Below, piece after piece: positions 43,361 to 56,400 of a DNA stretch of 64,000 nucleotides (position 1 is its first letter; each line of letters opens with the position of its first letter). Under the pieces are notes generated by a model. That model searched no databases and was not told the origin of the DNA. It worked only from the letters and a program-made list of their open reading frames with translations. Where the stretch lies: positions 124,001 through 188,000 of the forward strand of contig DF237066.1 in the NCBI GenBank assembly GCA_000708835.1, read 5' to 3'. This stretch comes from Klebsormidium nitens. Lineage: Eukaryota; Plantae; Klebsormidiophyceae. Made by a program: the position numbers and the translations under genes.

Positions 43361-44527
43361 GGCTTCGAATTTGAGATCAAAAACGTCAGTCTCAGTCTGT
43401 ACATAGTTCTTCTGGTACCGAATCTGAATCTAGTCGTGCAGTGGGTTGCACACGTAAGGTGCGCTGGTGGACTGTTACAACTGGCCGGTGGAAGCACACG
43501 CTTATTCAGTTTATGCAACAGGTCTGCCAATCTTAGACGGTATCGTTGCTGCCTTTCTTGCATCCAAACATGAGGACTGTCCCAGCTTCACCAACAAATT
43601 GCGTGGTCTTGGTTAGTTTGTTGCAAGCCTGGAGACTCTAGCTGCAATGATATCAGCCTACCTGCATATACATGGCCGCTTTTGATCATAGATGCATGCT
43701 GGTGTGTGTGGTGGTCTGAAGTCCCGCAAGTGCATGCATGATCATGCTGGCAGATGGGGACGCCCCATGCAGGCATGAGCGTATACATAAGCTCACATGG
43801 TTGCCTGCATGACTAACTCTGAAGAATCATTGGAGGTTTGCAAGCTTGGTAACAAATGCATTTCAAGGCCGGGGCAGCCATATGCATACTTGCTCGTATA
43901 ACTCATGGCATGTGAGTCTGAGGTGATCGAGGCACCATATCTAGATGAGCTGACGTCTGATCAGCTTGCTGGCATACGTGTGCCATATGTCCATGTATAT
44001 ATAAACAATTACTCAAATATTATAGGCTCACGTACATGATATGCACCTAATAGTGTTAGTATGACCTGTCGAATGCATTATACTTGCAATGGACACACAC
44101 ATACTACATGCAGATCGATCTTGCGTTGTCCGGCATAAACACATTTGAGCAAAGACTTATCTTGCATGCTAAACCATACTTCTGACCACTGTAAAGGACT
44201 CTCTAAATTATGCTCCAACTTATGTACACACGACATGTTGTGTGTCGAGGGACTCCACTATCATGCCGTTGGCTCATGCCACAGGGCTCAGAGTCATGGC
44301 ATGGCCGAGCACCTTGCAGCATGATGCTACGTGGCCGATTCAAGGTGCCACGGTGCTGCCAATCGACCAGAATGCAATGCAGGAAGGCACACTACGATGC
44401 AAAGCCCCTTCATTGTTGTCGACATAGACAGCGTCTAGCAGTTGATCCTTGCGAATTCCTGAAAACGGTGCTCCCACAATATTGAATATCTGCGAAATGA
44501 GATGGCAATTGCAAACTTGCAAACTTA

Positions 44528-45973
44528 CTAGTATAAGAAACTTTGTAGTTCGTCCAACAAGGCTACGTGTTTTCCTGGTGTGTTAGCTATATCTAGAAGA
44601 TGTGTAGACGAAACGAACTGAGGGGGTTCCTTGTACTGCACATCGACATGCGGATAAGCTCTCTGGAGCTCTACAGCTCTCGTCACCAGACCCTCAATTG
44701 GCTTGTGAAGGTTGTCAAGGTTTACTATCGTCTTCTCCAAGTTTGGACAACACAATAAGATGGTGGAAAACAACTTGAAGTCCTCCGCTTCGGTCAAGGT
44801 GAACTGAACGAGCTTGAGCCTCTTAAATTGCAGAAGGTGTTGCTGCACCTCAGAGAGTGTGACTTGGTAGAGTTGCAAGCTGGCATTGCCTAGAGATAGC
44901 CCATCTATTGTCCTGGGAATGTGGTTCATGAAATTGAAAAGAGACTTCCCTACACTTTCTTGGTGCCAGGTTTCCACTTGGAGGTAGAACCGCTTAGAGG
45001 CTCCAAATCGTTTCAAAAGATCCATCACAGCATCCATCTGCCAATTGCGTCCACTCAGACCCAAGATTGACAGCTGAATTTTGCAGGCAGGTGTTTCCAG
45101 GACCTCGATCGGACCTTCCAAGAAGAGGTTCTCCAGATTAGGTGCATGTAAAATTAGCCGCCCAAGTCCAGGAATCCCTTTCAAAGTGGTCAAAGTGGGC
45201 GCATCAATAACCACTTCACTGTTGTCTATCTGCATTTCTTGCAAGACTAATTTCTGAAGGCTTGGAGCCTTGAAGCGCGGTTCTTCTAACCCTTGACAGT
45301 GTTCCAGGCAGAGCTTCTTGAGCTTGGGCGAGCGCTCAAGGAGGGTGTGCAGGAACTGATCGGAAAGCATTGAGTGTGCTAATCGAACCTCTAGCAATTC
45401 ACTGAACTGCTGCCTGGTTACAAGTGGCTGAGTGAAAGGAAACTCTGAGCTCATAAGCCAAAGAGTCTGAAGTGGCAACCTCGCTATAAGCCCAAACAAG
45501 TGTTGGCAAGCTTCGTCACTCTGCTTTATCTCAGAGCTGTTCAAGAAAAATGTGCGGAGCCTGGGCGCCTGCCGAAGAACAGCCGTCAGAAACTCAATCG
45601 ATGCCCCCGCCGGAAACTGTTCTCTCCACTCATGCACGTAGCTTAGTGTCAGACCCTCAAGATGAACCCCAAGTTGATTCATCACTGCGGCGGCTGCCAA
45701 TGGTGCCGCACTGTTCAACTCCCAAACTAGATGCTGAGGCGTCTCTTGTTTGTCCAAGTTCTGAAAACGTCGGCAGACCGTCTTCAGTTGATGCAAGGCA
45801 CTCGCCGACAACCATGTCCGATTTGGACCTATCTTCGGAAGCTTTCCTCTCTCTTGCAAAGTTGAGTAGCTCCTTGCCGAATTCTCACAGGCCTTTCGCA
45901 AGATCAAGGTTACCAACTCCTGCGACAGCGTGTCAAAAGGGCACTCGATATTCTGGCGCCCATTGCCAGCCAT
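44528..45973 (-). CDS. Intronless F-box/LRR (FBD-like) protein, 481 aa
   Basis: First ATG at 45973 (the track ORF starts at a TTG). F-box-like CPFDTLSQELVTLILRKAC, followed by LRR-type LxxLxL repeats (PRLRTFFL, PKLKKLCLEHC, PSLQKLVL, PNLENLFL, PNLEKTIV). Confidence 0.88.
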   Translation of the reverse strand: MAGNGRQNIECPFDTLSQELVTLILRKACENSARSYSTLQERGKLPKIGPNRTWLSASALHQLKTVCRRFQNLDKQETPQHLVWELNSAAPLAAAAVMNQLGVHLEGLTLSYVHEWREQFPAGASIEFLTAVLRQAPRLRTFFLNSSEIKQSDEACQHLFGLIARLPLQTLWLMSSEFPFTQPLVTRQQFSELLEVRLAHSMLSDQFLHTLLERSPKLKKLCLEHCQGLEEPRFKAPSLQKLVLQEMQIDNSEVVIDAPTLTTLKGIPGLGRLILHAPNLENLFLEGPIEVLETPACKIQLSILGLSGRNWQMDAVMDLLKRFGASKRFYLQVETWHQESVGKSLFNFMNHIPRTIDGLSLGNASLQLYQVTLSEVQQHLLQFKRLKLVQFTLTEAEDFKLFSTILLCCPNLEKTIVNLDNLHKPIEGLVTRAVELQRAYPHVDVQYKEPPQFVSSTHLLDIANTPGKHVALLDELQSFLY

Positions 45974-46006
45974 AATGACTGCGTCAAGTGCTCTTGGCGC
46001 CTGCAA

Positions 46007-47059
46007 TCTTTGAGTGATATCGTGATTGAAGAAGCACCACTGCCGACTGGGACAGCTCGAGGTTGGGTTCCTCCACTCTGCGGCGCCTCCACTTGGAACT
46101 TGGAAGTGCCACTGGACCAGGGTAGGTATCGTACTATCGATTTATCATTACCGTACCTAAGCTCCTCATGCCAGTCATGCAAAATGGACAAAGCAGGCTA
46201 GCAGCCGAACTTTTCTCGGAAAAAAGTTGCGGACGCCGGTTTGCTACTGACCGGACATGGAACCGCCAACAAGCAACCGGGCCCCCCTGTGACATTAGGG
46301 TTATGTTGCAAGCCTGTGACGGTTTGTTAGGGTCGTGCCACCTTACTGTGACTGCACTACGATTAGGGTTATACTAACGGCTGAGGCATATTCTTCGGTT
46401 TTTAGTGTTGGTGAGGTTCCCGGTAGTCTTGAATCAGTGCCCGGTTGGTCAAATTGGACGGTGTTTTCCGAGAAAAGTTCGGCTGCTTTGTTCCTCTTGC
46501 GCCAGTCATGCTGCTGAGCTGCAGCACCGTCATTCTGAATTCATGTGGACTCGGCGCACTGAGTCAAAATTCTCGCGCCATTTTGTGGCAAGGCCGGATC
46601 ATATATCGACCGTCGATATACACATCTTACTATCTGACGACTGACACGTGCGCGACCACGTCAAGCGAACAGCTCTGATTGGTGCGAGCAATGCGGAGGA
46701 CTGTATGCCGCACGATTAGCGCAAATTACTGGATCGGACGGTTTTCAAGCCTCTCCCTACAGCGCCACATTAGGGTTCTCGAAACTTCTCATGCCACTAG
46801 CTTGCTCTGGGTTTGAGTCGAAACAGTGGCGGCTGGCAAAGTGGCCTTTCAAAAGCTCGATCCGTCAAAAGGTCTTGAATTGGAGGAGCGAGGTAGGAAG
46901 CATGAGAAGCAGGCCAAACGAAGGCGCCAGGGACGTAGAGGTACGTTAGCCTCGTTTGAACACCTGCAGCAACAAGCTTTCCTGCAGGAAGGGGGCGGTG
47001 GTAGAGAATAAACAAATAGGAGACCAGCTAGAACGTCCCGCAAGATCTTGGTGGCCGTC
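46007..47059. promoter_or_regulatory. Divergent promoter region (F-box / TIN1-like) with telo-box-like TTAGGGTT motifs
   Basis: ttagggtt at 46295, 46363 and 46770, each one base off the plant telo-box TTAGGGTTT. Lies between head-to-head start codons. Confidence 0.3.
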
Positions 47060-49083
47060 ATGAAGATTCCTCGACGAGCAAAGCCCTCTCGTCAAGGCCT
47101 AGGCATGTCCCCCTTTCTTCTTCCATTTCTTGCCTTGCCCCTCCTTGCCTGCTGGTCTCTGGGTGTCACAGCGCACGGTGACACCACTAGCGTCATTCAG
47201 CATAGAGAGGCCTTTGGGGAGTTGGCACTACACAACGCGGCAGTGAAAGCAGTTGAAGTAATCAGCAAGCTTCCGCAGTGGCGGTCAGACGCGCAGGCCA
47301 CTATAGTTGGCTCGCTTGAGGATGTGAATTTTGCTAGTACCACCAAGTATGACTACAAGGTTGGCGGATTTGAAAGATGGCCAGAAGGTCTCGAGTTCTC
47401 ATTCAGTGAGGAGCCGGAGTTGTGGGAAGAGGTCGGCAGTCTGGCGCTACGTGATGGGGAAGTTGAGCAAAATGGTGACACAGCATTAGTGGTGAGGCAA
47501 CAACTAGGCATGGGACATTTGGCAACCCTGCCAGAGATAGACGTCTCTGGAACTGTGGAGCTGTGGTTTCCGGGAAGTCCAAACCTGAGACTGGCTTTGC
47601 CGGTAAGTTGGTAAAGAAATTGCATTTTCTACGATTGCTATATTCTTGACATCCTTGATGAGCAGACACTCAAAGAGACGCGGCAGTCAACGGGCTAGTG
47701 TGCTCAGTCGAAGAGCTGTCGGCCATGCGTTGCCCTAGTACTCCTGTTCTACTGAAGTGTATTCTTCTCAAGCTGACACTGTTGCCTTGAACAAGAGTAT
47801 TATTTGCCGTGCATGTATCAATCTCAATGCCTTGCATAAACCTACATTGTTGCAACCTGGAGGAGCAAAAATATTGGGTTTAAGACCTGGAGGGCACTGG
47901 AAGCTGCCACATGGCATGATATGAGGTTGGACTTATGTCAGGCAAAGGGAGAAAGTATTGCTGAGGAGCACTGTTCTCTTTTCTGCAGCATGACGTGGAG
48001 GCGGGCCCTTTGAAGAAGGTCGTCGTTGCAGAAGGGGCAACAGTGACAATAGTTGGCGCATCAAAAATCTCATTGGCCCGTCCTCTACGGATTCCCTTGC
48101 CTCCAATCGATTCTCCAGAGGAACTGGTCGCAGCAGATGTAGCTCTGCTTTTGAGGACCGCCGCAAGTCGGTCTGAGAAGCCTGTGGTCAGCCTAGTTGT
48201 GGTGGGGGCAACCGCTCTTGTGTCAAAAAGTCCTGTCAGCGAGAATGCAAACGCTATCGCAGAAGCAGCAAGGCTCAAGGTGAAAAGATTGTCAGCCGGT
48301 GCCCTTGAGTTGTCCGCTCGTGACAATCAGAGCAAGGCCAGCTCTCGAGGAGTGGCAGCAGAAGGATTGTGGCCCTTTCCTGGTCTTTCAACGTCTGACG
48401 ACAGGATCATTGCCATCGAGACAGCACTCAGGGAATATGCTGGCAACTCGACCACGTTCAACCTTCTGAAAGCGGAAGCGTCGGTGAGCAGCGAACTCAT
48501 TCTGGTCGGATCATCAGCAGTGCTTTGCTTGACCATGTTTGTTAATCTGCATAGAGGACTGAATCAGGAACAGGTCCTTTTAGGAAAGTCGTGTCTTTCT
48601 GTCGACTTTTCCATATTGCTTCAAGCAGGCTGCTCTCAGGACGCGAAAAGCTTTGTATCTTCTTGTGAAAGCCCTGTGCTTTCGATATCTGACAACCTAC
48701 AGATTCCTCGTGAGGAGGACATCAGTCGGTCCACTGCAGATTTGAGACCTTGTGACATGATGCACTTTCTCCTACAGGCTCTCAGACTTGTGCGGATGCA
48801 GCTGAACCTAGAGAAGAAGCTTCCACAATCTACAGGATCCGGACATGGAGTCCTGGTGGAAAGGTCTGACGATCTTGACGAACTAGACTCGGAACAGCAA
48901 ACTTGGGAAGTCGTGGTAACAATGGGAGGGAGAAGCCAACCAGAGCTGTTCTCGGCTAGACGCATTGGGGCTTCGGTGGGGACTGTTTCGTTGTCTTGGT
49001 CAGTAGCTACTGGTAACGGCACGTTTGTCGCCCCAGAGCCCTCCACATTGAGTTCGGTTGGTCTTATGGATCTGGATGTGTAG
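47060..49083 (+). CDS. TIN1: TUNICAMYCIN INDUCED 1-like secretory-pathway protein, 3 exons
   Basis: Exons 47060 (or ATG 47105)-47602, 47989-48483, 48778-49083. Signal-peptide-like hydrophobic stretch. LRLALP|HDVEAGPLKKVVVAEGATVTIVGASKISLARPL, LKVKRLSAGALELS and QLNLEKKL match plant TIN1 as I recall it. Confidence 0.8.
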
Positions 49084-50470
49084 ACGAGGACTCTATCAAC
49101 CTCCACATTGTGCGAGAACTGTACAGAAAGATGAGAGCTGAGATTGAGATACAGATCGTTTGCCAAATAATTTTGTACAATCGAAAACAGGTGGCCGTCG
49201 CTTTGGATCATGGTTTGCGCTCATTTGCCCGTGTAGTTTTTTTCTGGAGTGTTTATAAAGTGCCACGAGTGCGAGGAGTCAATCAAGCTTCTAAGCAATC
49301 CGGGCAGTCGACCTTCTAGCTCCGCATGGGCGGTCGCTGTCCAAAGTCAATGTGTAGGGCTTCTCTAGAAATCAATACGTATATCAGTACGGTCTGCACT
49401 GCGGTCCTCAAGTCCATGTTCAATGGAAACACACGTGAGACACTGAGCGAGCCCGGCCGCCAGGCGGATCCTATAGTCGTGTACCCGCTAGGCTTTTTCT
49501 GTAAGAGAAGGTTGTGTTTCTACCTATGTCAGAAAACGAATCACAGAGCTGTATACGGTGTCGCGACCCCGTTAAGGTCCCGGCAGCCACACCGTCATTG
49601 GAGAGGGTGCTTGATCAAAAGCGGATGTGCGAGCTGCGGCAGCTTCATGCCAAGATATGCCGCGCTGCCATGCGCGTGTACCCATCAAGATGCATATAGA
49701 CTTTTAATTGGAATGCGACGGGTACTAGGTCGTTCGTTCAGGCTAGCACGTATAATGGAACGGCGGGCTTGCCGGGCCGGGGCCGCTCGTACTATAACCT
49801 TTCTTCCACAGATCACACTATGATAAGTCAAATCTCAACTATCATGGATCGAGAGGCGCAATAGTTTTGCATCACTGCGATATTAAAACGGTGCTTTGTG
49901 CGGGTGTCCGGGCCCGGCCGCACCTCGTTTGCAATCGTCGCCAACAATCTCCGAGGCACAATCGGCATTGAACCCTATCGAAGTCAAAAGCTTTATGACT
50001 TCTCCAGAACTCTATAGCTTGAAAAATGCTGAACGGTGAAGAAAGGTGGGCCGCTGTAAGTCCGGTTCGTTTGCTCGGACAAGTTGACCATCCAGTAGTA
50101 AACTTAAACAAAGACTCTTTTGACCTCTTCTGACGTGGCCGGCGTCTATTATCAGTTGCTCTAATACGTCTACGTAGTACACACTTCGCAGTTTCCGTCC
50201 GTCTGAGGCGCGCGTGTTAGGAACCGTCTATTTTACCACATATACGCGTATCCGTCTGCTTATCAGCTACAGTTTATATTAGCTTATAGTTTGCACTTTG
50301 TCTTAATAGCCTACGCTGCACTTCCTTCAATCCGTGCGACTAAGCGCACGATCGGGTGCTTCTAAATAAGAGCTTGCAACTTATGTTATACGCTTGTTTA
50401 TTACTTGCGGCGGTACCAGGACATTGTATGATCGACACGTATCCGCCAGTTGACCAGGGGTCAAATGACG

Positions 50471-53400
50471 TCACATGTCAAAGCCGTGCCCGGTTCCATG
50501 ACTCAGGACACCATTGACCCCGACCTCCGACGCATACTCCGAGCTGACGTCAGGTGCTGACGCCAAGCTGACGTCAGGTGCTGACGCCAAGCTGACGTCA
50601 GATCCGGACGCTTCGTGGCAGAAGCATTCGGACGGGTTGCCGTAAAAGTTGGACGTCCTCGCACGCTTCGAGGGGCCGCCGTCCCGGAACTCGTGGTCCG
50701 TCCGGATCTGTTCCGCTATCGTTTCCCACGGAAGTGCGTTCCGCTGCGCGAGCAGCGCCGCCAGCTTGCGGTGGTGCGGCTCGATCGTCTTCTTGAAGCC
50801 GTCGTACATTCTGTGGGGGCGAACAGTGCGAAAATGTCACCAACTTGACATAGCATAGATCCCTAGTTTCGTTTGCAGATTCTCCAGTGGGTACGTGGCA
50901 AGATCAAAGTTGCTCAGATCCACGGTAACGATTGAAAGCGTACGTCATCGCTAGCGTCAGCGTCTGTTTTCGAATCTGCCACAGAAGCACGAGATCGAGC
51001 CGTCTTGTAGCATCCAATCAAAAGTCCGTGGCATTGTCTGGCTGAAAGAAGTGATACAGCTTCAGCTGAATTCGACAAGCTACAACATTTTGAGGCATAC
51101 ATGAACGAGTCAAACGAACAGGGCTCTTTTTAGTTGCCTCCAATCAACGCTTTTCGTTTCAGGTAGTCCTATGCAGAACGGAAGTTGTAAATCGGAAGAA
51201 AGCCGCCCGTCAAGTTTGAACGACAGTAAGGTTTACGCTGGGTGTCTCTTCCCGGCTGCTTTTGATCAATCGTTTCCACTGCCTCTGAAATTACCCTCCG
51301 AGAAATCACAAGTATTTTGGCAGCTTTTGAACATCAAATCTTCAGAAAGTCTCTCACCGATGCCCCATGATGAGGTTGGGCATGTTCCCCGTGGCCGTCG
51401 GGATGAAGACGTCAGCCGCGCGGCCCATGACGTAATCCAGCGCCGCCAGCGAGGACGCCTTCTTCTGGAGCGCCGCCAGGTCCGCAGCGTCCAAAAGATC
51501 CGCCTTTGCGGACGTCCGCGGGAAGAGCGCCTTAAAAGGGGCCAGACTTTCCGGACCTCCGTACAGCTGGGGAAATAGTTTTGAAGGTTCAGGGGGAGCG
51601 CTCCTTCATCTCCTAGTCTCTAACTGTGTCGAAGATAAAGTTCGATGCTTATTTGGAAAGAGGATAGCGAGGCGGCCTTTGCGGACGTCCGCGGGAAGAG
51701 CGCCTTGAAGTGGGCCAGACTGGCCGGACCGCCGTACAGATGCGGGGGTAAGGTTTCTGAGAAGATAGACAGAGCCTTCTTCCACGTTTGAGTCCGGATA
51801 AAATTGGAAGGTGGTAGGAGGGCGCCTATTGCGGACGTCCGCAGGAAGAGCACCTTGAAGGGGGCCAAGCTGACAGGGCCTCCGCACAATTTATAAGCAG
51901 TTGTCTTGTGTCAAAGCTGGTGACAGGAACCCAGCAGAAAACTGAAGGGTTGTGGTCGTTTCCAAACAATGCGGGTCCGGAAACAATTAGTAGGCTTTTG
52001 CGGACCATACCTATTTCGCAGTCCTTTCCTTTCTCTAAAGTCAGGAGACCAAGCCGGAAACCCATACTACGGTCACTCGAGCCTCCATTCCATGCTTCGT
52101 CAGCACCGAGTTGCAACAGACCGCCGTGTAATTGCCCGCATCATACATATTATGAGCAAGGTGAAGGAGTTTCTCAACGACCAACACTTCCGTAGCAAGA
52201 CTAATGTGTCTTAGCCACGTTTTAACGACAACACGCGCCTCACCTGCTGGTCGTGCGTCGCCAGGTAGATGTGCGTATTCTCATCGAAGCCCAGAGCCCG
52301 CAGGAAGAGCGCGGCCTCCTCCGGTGTTAACGGGCACTGCCCCCGCTGCCGCTGGCTCTCGGGGGATCGCTTCTCGCGGCTCCGTCGCAGGGTGACGTCC
52401 CAATGCGTCATCCGGTAAGCCTGCGCGAGAGAGCCTTTGGGTTCCAAGAATCCGACTGTTGACGCCTCATTGTCCACGTCATTTCACGCTATGTTTCAGG
52501 TTGAAGCAAGGGGCTGGTTTAAAGATTGTAAAGTAGTGAGCGCTTGAGGGCTCCAGAGTCAGGCTTCGAAGTCCCGATATTTACACCTGGTTCCATGAGT
52601 TATTTTTGGAGAAGAACGATATTGAGATAAGAATTGTGCGGGTTTGTGGTGGCTAGGTTGTTTCCAGAGCCCACAATTTCACGAAGACAGTTGCGGCGGC
52701 TTATTGTGACTTTTTCAAAGAAGATAGAAGAGGACGATACTGAAATGATCTCCATACTCTAAGCCTTAAGCTACGAGGACGCCTTAAGTGGCAACCTTCT
52801 CCTCGATCTTCAGTTTTCGCCGTTCTTCCTTAAACATCAAACCCAAGGAAAGTTTCTCAAAACTTTCGACCACTGAAAGATCAAACTTTCAGATCAGGAA
52901 CCAAGACCACTTGCTGGGAAAGGTAGCTGCCGACTGCAAACTCACGTGCAGCACTTTTTGCTCCTCCTTGCCGCCCCCGAAGTTGCACATCGAGTACGCG
53001 ACCATGTCGATCTCAAACCGCAGGTGAACCGCGATCCAGGGGCGGCCGCCCGTCGCCGCGCGCATGCGCGCGCTCATCTGGCTGCCCAGGCGCTCGATCT
53101 CGGGCGCGAAACGCAGCGCCTGCAAGCAGAGATGTAAGTTAACGCTTAAAACCACTGAAACTCGGTTTATGGGCGGATTGTAATCATGTATGTCAGAGTA
53201 TATCGTGCTTCTCGACGAGCTTTTTGGGTGGTCATATGTCTGCTGACTGACAGCACGGTATTTGTTGATGAATGCCCAACTGAAGTTTTTCACTGATCTC
53301 CTGCTTTTCGAAAACCTTTCCAGATGACCTTCGATTCCCTTCCCCTTCTCTGATTCTCCTCCGTATTTTTGAATCGAGACCGTCGTCTGAGCAAGTTTAG

Positions 53401-56400
53401 CTTTCTGACAGCTGCAAGTCACCTGATTGCTGAGCATCCAGCATAAAACTTGCCTCGCAACAGCAACTAATTGGAGTCACGATTTGAGGGCACTGTATGT
53501 CACCGACGTTTAGCTGCGGCTGTAGCTGACATCACGTGACGTCAGCACCCCACCTCATAGTTCGCTTTGCACCGCAACTGCTGCATCCAGTGGGGCAGGT
53601 TGTTGTCCAGCCGCTTGGCGAACGGCTTCATCCACACCACGCGCGCGCTCGCGTTGCGCGGAACGAGGCCGGAACCCGTCGGCTTCGCCGGAACGCCGGA
53701 ACCGTTGGCGGGCAACACGTGGTGAACGTTGGCGTCGTACCTGTGGCGGTACAGAAGATTCAAAAGTTGGAACAGAGCAGAGACAGAAAAGAACAAAAAC
53801 AAGGAAAGGAGCACGTGATTGACGAATGGGGACGGAAGAGCAGAACGGAAGAACGGAACGGATCAACTCCGATAACTCTCGTGTGACCTAAGAGCCGTGT
53901 GACCTAAGATAGGCACCCGGGGGACGGGTGGGGTTGGTATGGTGGTTAGGGTGGGTTAGGGTGCGGGAGCGGGTGATTATTTGTGTTAGGTTTTTAGTTT
54001 GATGTGCCCGGGTAACTCGTATCTTAGGTCACACGCCCGTTAGGTCACACGAGCGTTACCGGTATAACGGATCATATGTGAAGACGCAAAGAGAGCGTGA
54101 AATGGGGGTCTGGAAAGCGAAGAGCAAGAACGGGGAAATGCGCATCCCAGGGTGCGTAAAATATTATCATCTTTATGGTATTATCTCCGCAGTGCTTTAG
54201 TTTAATTTCAGACACAATTTAACAAAGAAAATATTGAATCAATATCTTTGATAAAAGCAGGCGACGAGGGTTTCTTACCAATCGAGGCGCGCGTTGCGCG
54301 GGATGTTCCGCAGGGTTTCGAGGTTTCCGCCGAACGCGGTCGACGGCGCGCCGCGCTCGACGCGCACGTGGCCCTCCAGGGACTGGATGAAGTGTTCCAG
54401 GTCGAAGAGGTCTTGGAACTTGCTGCACGTGACACGTGGCGCAAAGTGAATGCTTGGGGCAGGGTGGCTATATTCTGTCAGGGTTTCGAGGTTCTTATGG
54501 CTCCAGGGTCTAGATAACGTGGGCAGTTCCGAGAGGTCCTGCCATGTCTTTCAAGAAAACAGAAAGGCGCAGCTGACAGCTGTTAAACGAGCATGGCTAT
54601 TTTCTTAGCTTCACAAGGTTCTCGAGTCTCTGAGAATCGCTGATCTTGTGTTAGAACCTTCCCTATGGTTTCACGACTGTCAAGTGATCCTGTTTTGTGG
54701 ATGTTGCCTGTCATGTGTCTTAACGCCTTACTGTCCGAATCCATCAGATCCTTGTGCCTGATTCGTTCCAAAAGCCTTCGTTCCATCTCTCAAGAGGTCG
54801 GTATGATGCAAGCGCTTCTTCCGTCATGCACATCCTAACGTGGCCGCATGTTTTCCTTCGACTCTATCGGGCAGCCAGCAGGAAGGCTCTTTTTACTGTT
54901 TGGTCGCGCAGAATAGAGACGGATTCTGTATCGGTCGATGGAAGTCGGAGCACTACGTTCGCTTTTGGGGCTTCAAAGCGCACAAGTCGCTGCTTCGACC
55001 GCCTAACTGCGGTCACGTCGATCTCAAGCAGGCAGTTCCGTCAAGCAGAATGTGGATAGGACTTACGTGTGGTCGTTCCAAACCGCGTGGGCTTGGAGGT
55101 ACGGTACCAGCAGGGTCAGGTTCAGGTACCGGGCCAAGGCCACCGCGTTGCAAACCTGTAGTAAGACTTAGTAGGAATCGAAACAGAGCCGTAAGACTCC
55201 AAAGCTGGTTGTTGAACCACTTCTATATACAGTTGCGTAGAAGTCAGGGCGTCAGCACTCAAGAGCAGTTCTGAAGCTTCTTCGAAATAGTACGATAAGT
55301 GCGCGCCCAGAATCAATCGTTCTGACGCCGCCACATTTTGACTTTGAGACAGCTTCGAATGAGCGCCCGTTCGTCTCGACATGTACCCGCTTTACTGGAT
55401 CCATTTCGATATGGGCAGAAACCGCTCACAAAAGACGTCCGTTATCTTCACTTTGCAGATGCTGACGTCGGGGCGCAAGAAATCAAGAAGCTCGCGCGAA
55501 GCAGAAGAGCACGACACGCGTCGCGGAAAGCACATTCGACTGCACGGCACAAGGGCTTACCGCTGCTCGCTGCTGGTTAAGACCTCCGTTACACTGAACC
55601 ATGAGGTAACCCGTCGGAACGTACGGCGCTGCACGAGATGGGTAATGAATTTCAATGCTCATCGATCTCCGTAACTTGAGATCTAGTTTCCTCCAAAGTA
55701 CAATCCGTCAAGTGCCAGTTCATAATTGGCAACTGCCGAATTGCATGTAAGGACCCTGAGCCTCGAAGTGTCAACCTGCGCTGTTAACAAAGGCCGTTCG
55801 GTGAGGCTGACGTCACCAGAGCAGCTCGTATACGTCGGCAACCAGTGCGCCCAGACCACAGTTGAAACCAAGATTTCCGACTTACGTTCTTCCGTTGCCA
55901 TCTTCTCGAGGCAAGGCCGGAACCCCTTCCGGTCCGGAGCCTTCCAGAGGTCCAGCTGGCGAGAGCCTCCCTTTTGCTGACCCCTTCCCTCTTCCGTCAA
56001 AACCACTCCCTTTTCAGTTTCCGTTTCCGCTTCCGTTTCCTCTTCGCTATTATTATTTGCCCTCTTGGGGGCCGTCGCTCTCGGCCGCTCTTCCCAATCC
56101 GTTTCCGTTGCCGTTTCCATATCCGTTTCCGTTGGCGCACCTGTCATTCCAGTCACGACCAGCCCTTCAGATCCACGCGACTTGCGCTCTCTCGCCCCCG
56201 CCGCCTCAACCCTACTCTCTCCTCCTTCTCGACCTGCTTCATCAACCGTTTGCAACCCCTCTGTTTCCTGGACCTTCCCCACCCCCACACGATTACGTTC
56301 CGGTTCCGCTACGTCAAAACTCTGCTCCTCAACGACTCGTTCCGCTGTCGTTCTCGCTCCCATCTCCGCATCCTCTTCGCTCACGCTTCTCGCACTTAGT

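Noticed and set aside
45550-45975. 141-aa plus-strand ORF (likewise 48636-49211 minus)
   Set aside because: Antisense shadows of the F-box and TIN1-like genes.
46826-47011. 61-aa ORF upstream of TIN1-like gene
   Set aside because: GTG start, no motif; probably 5' UTR or promoter sequence.
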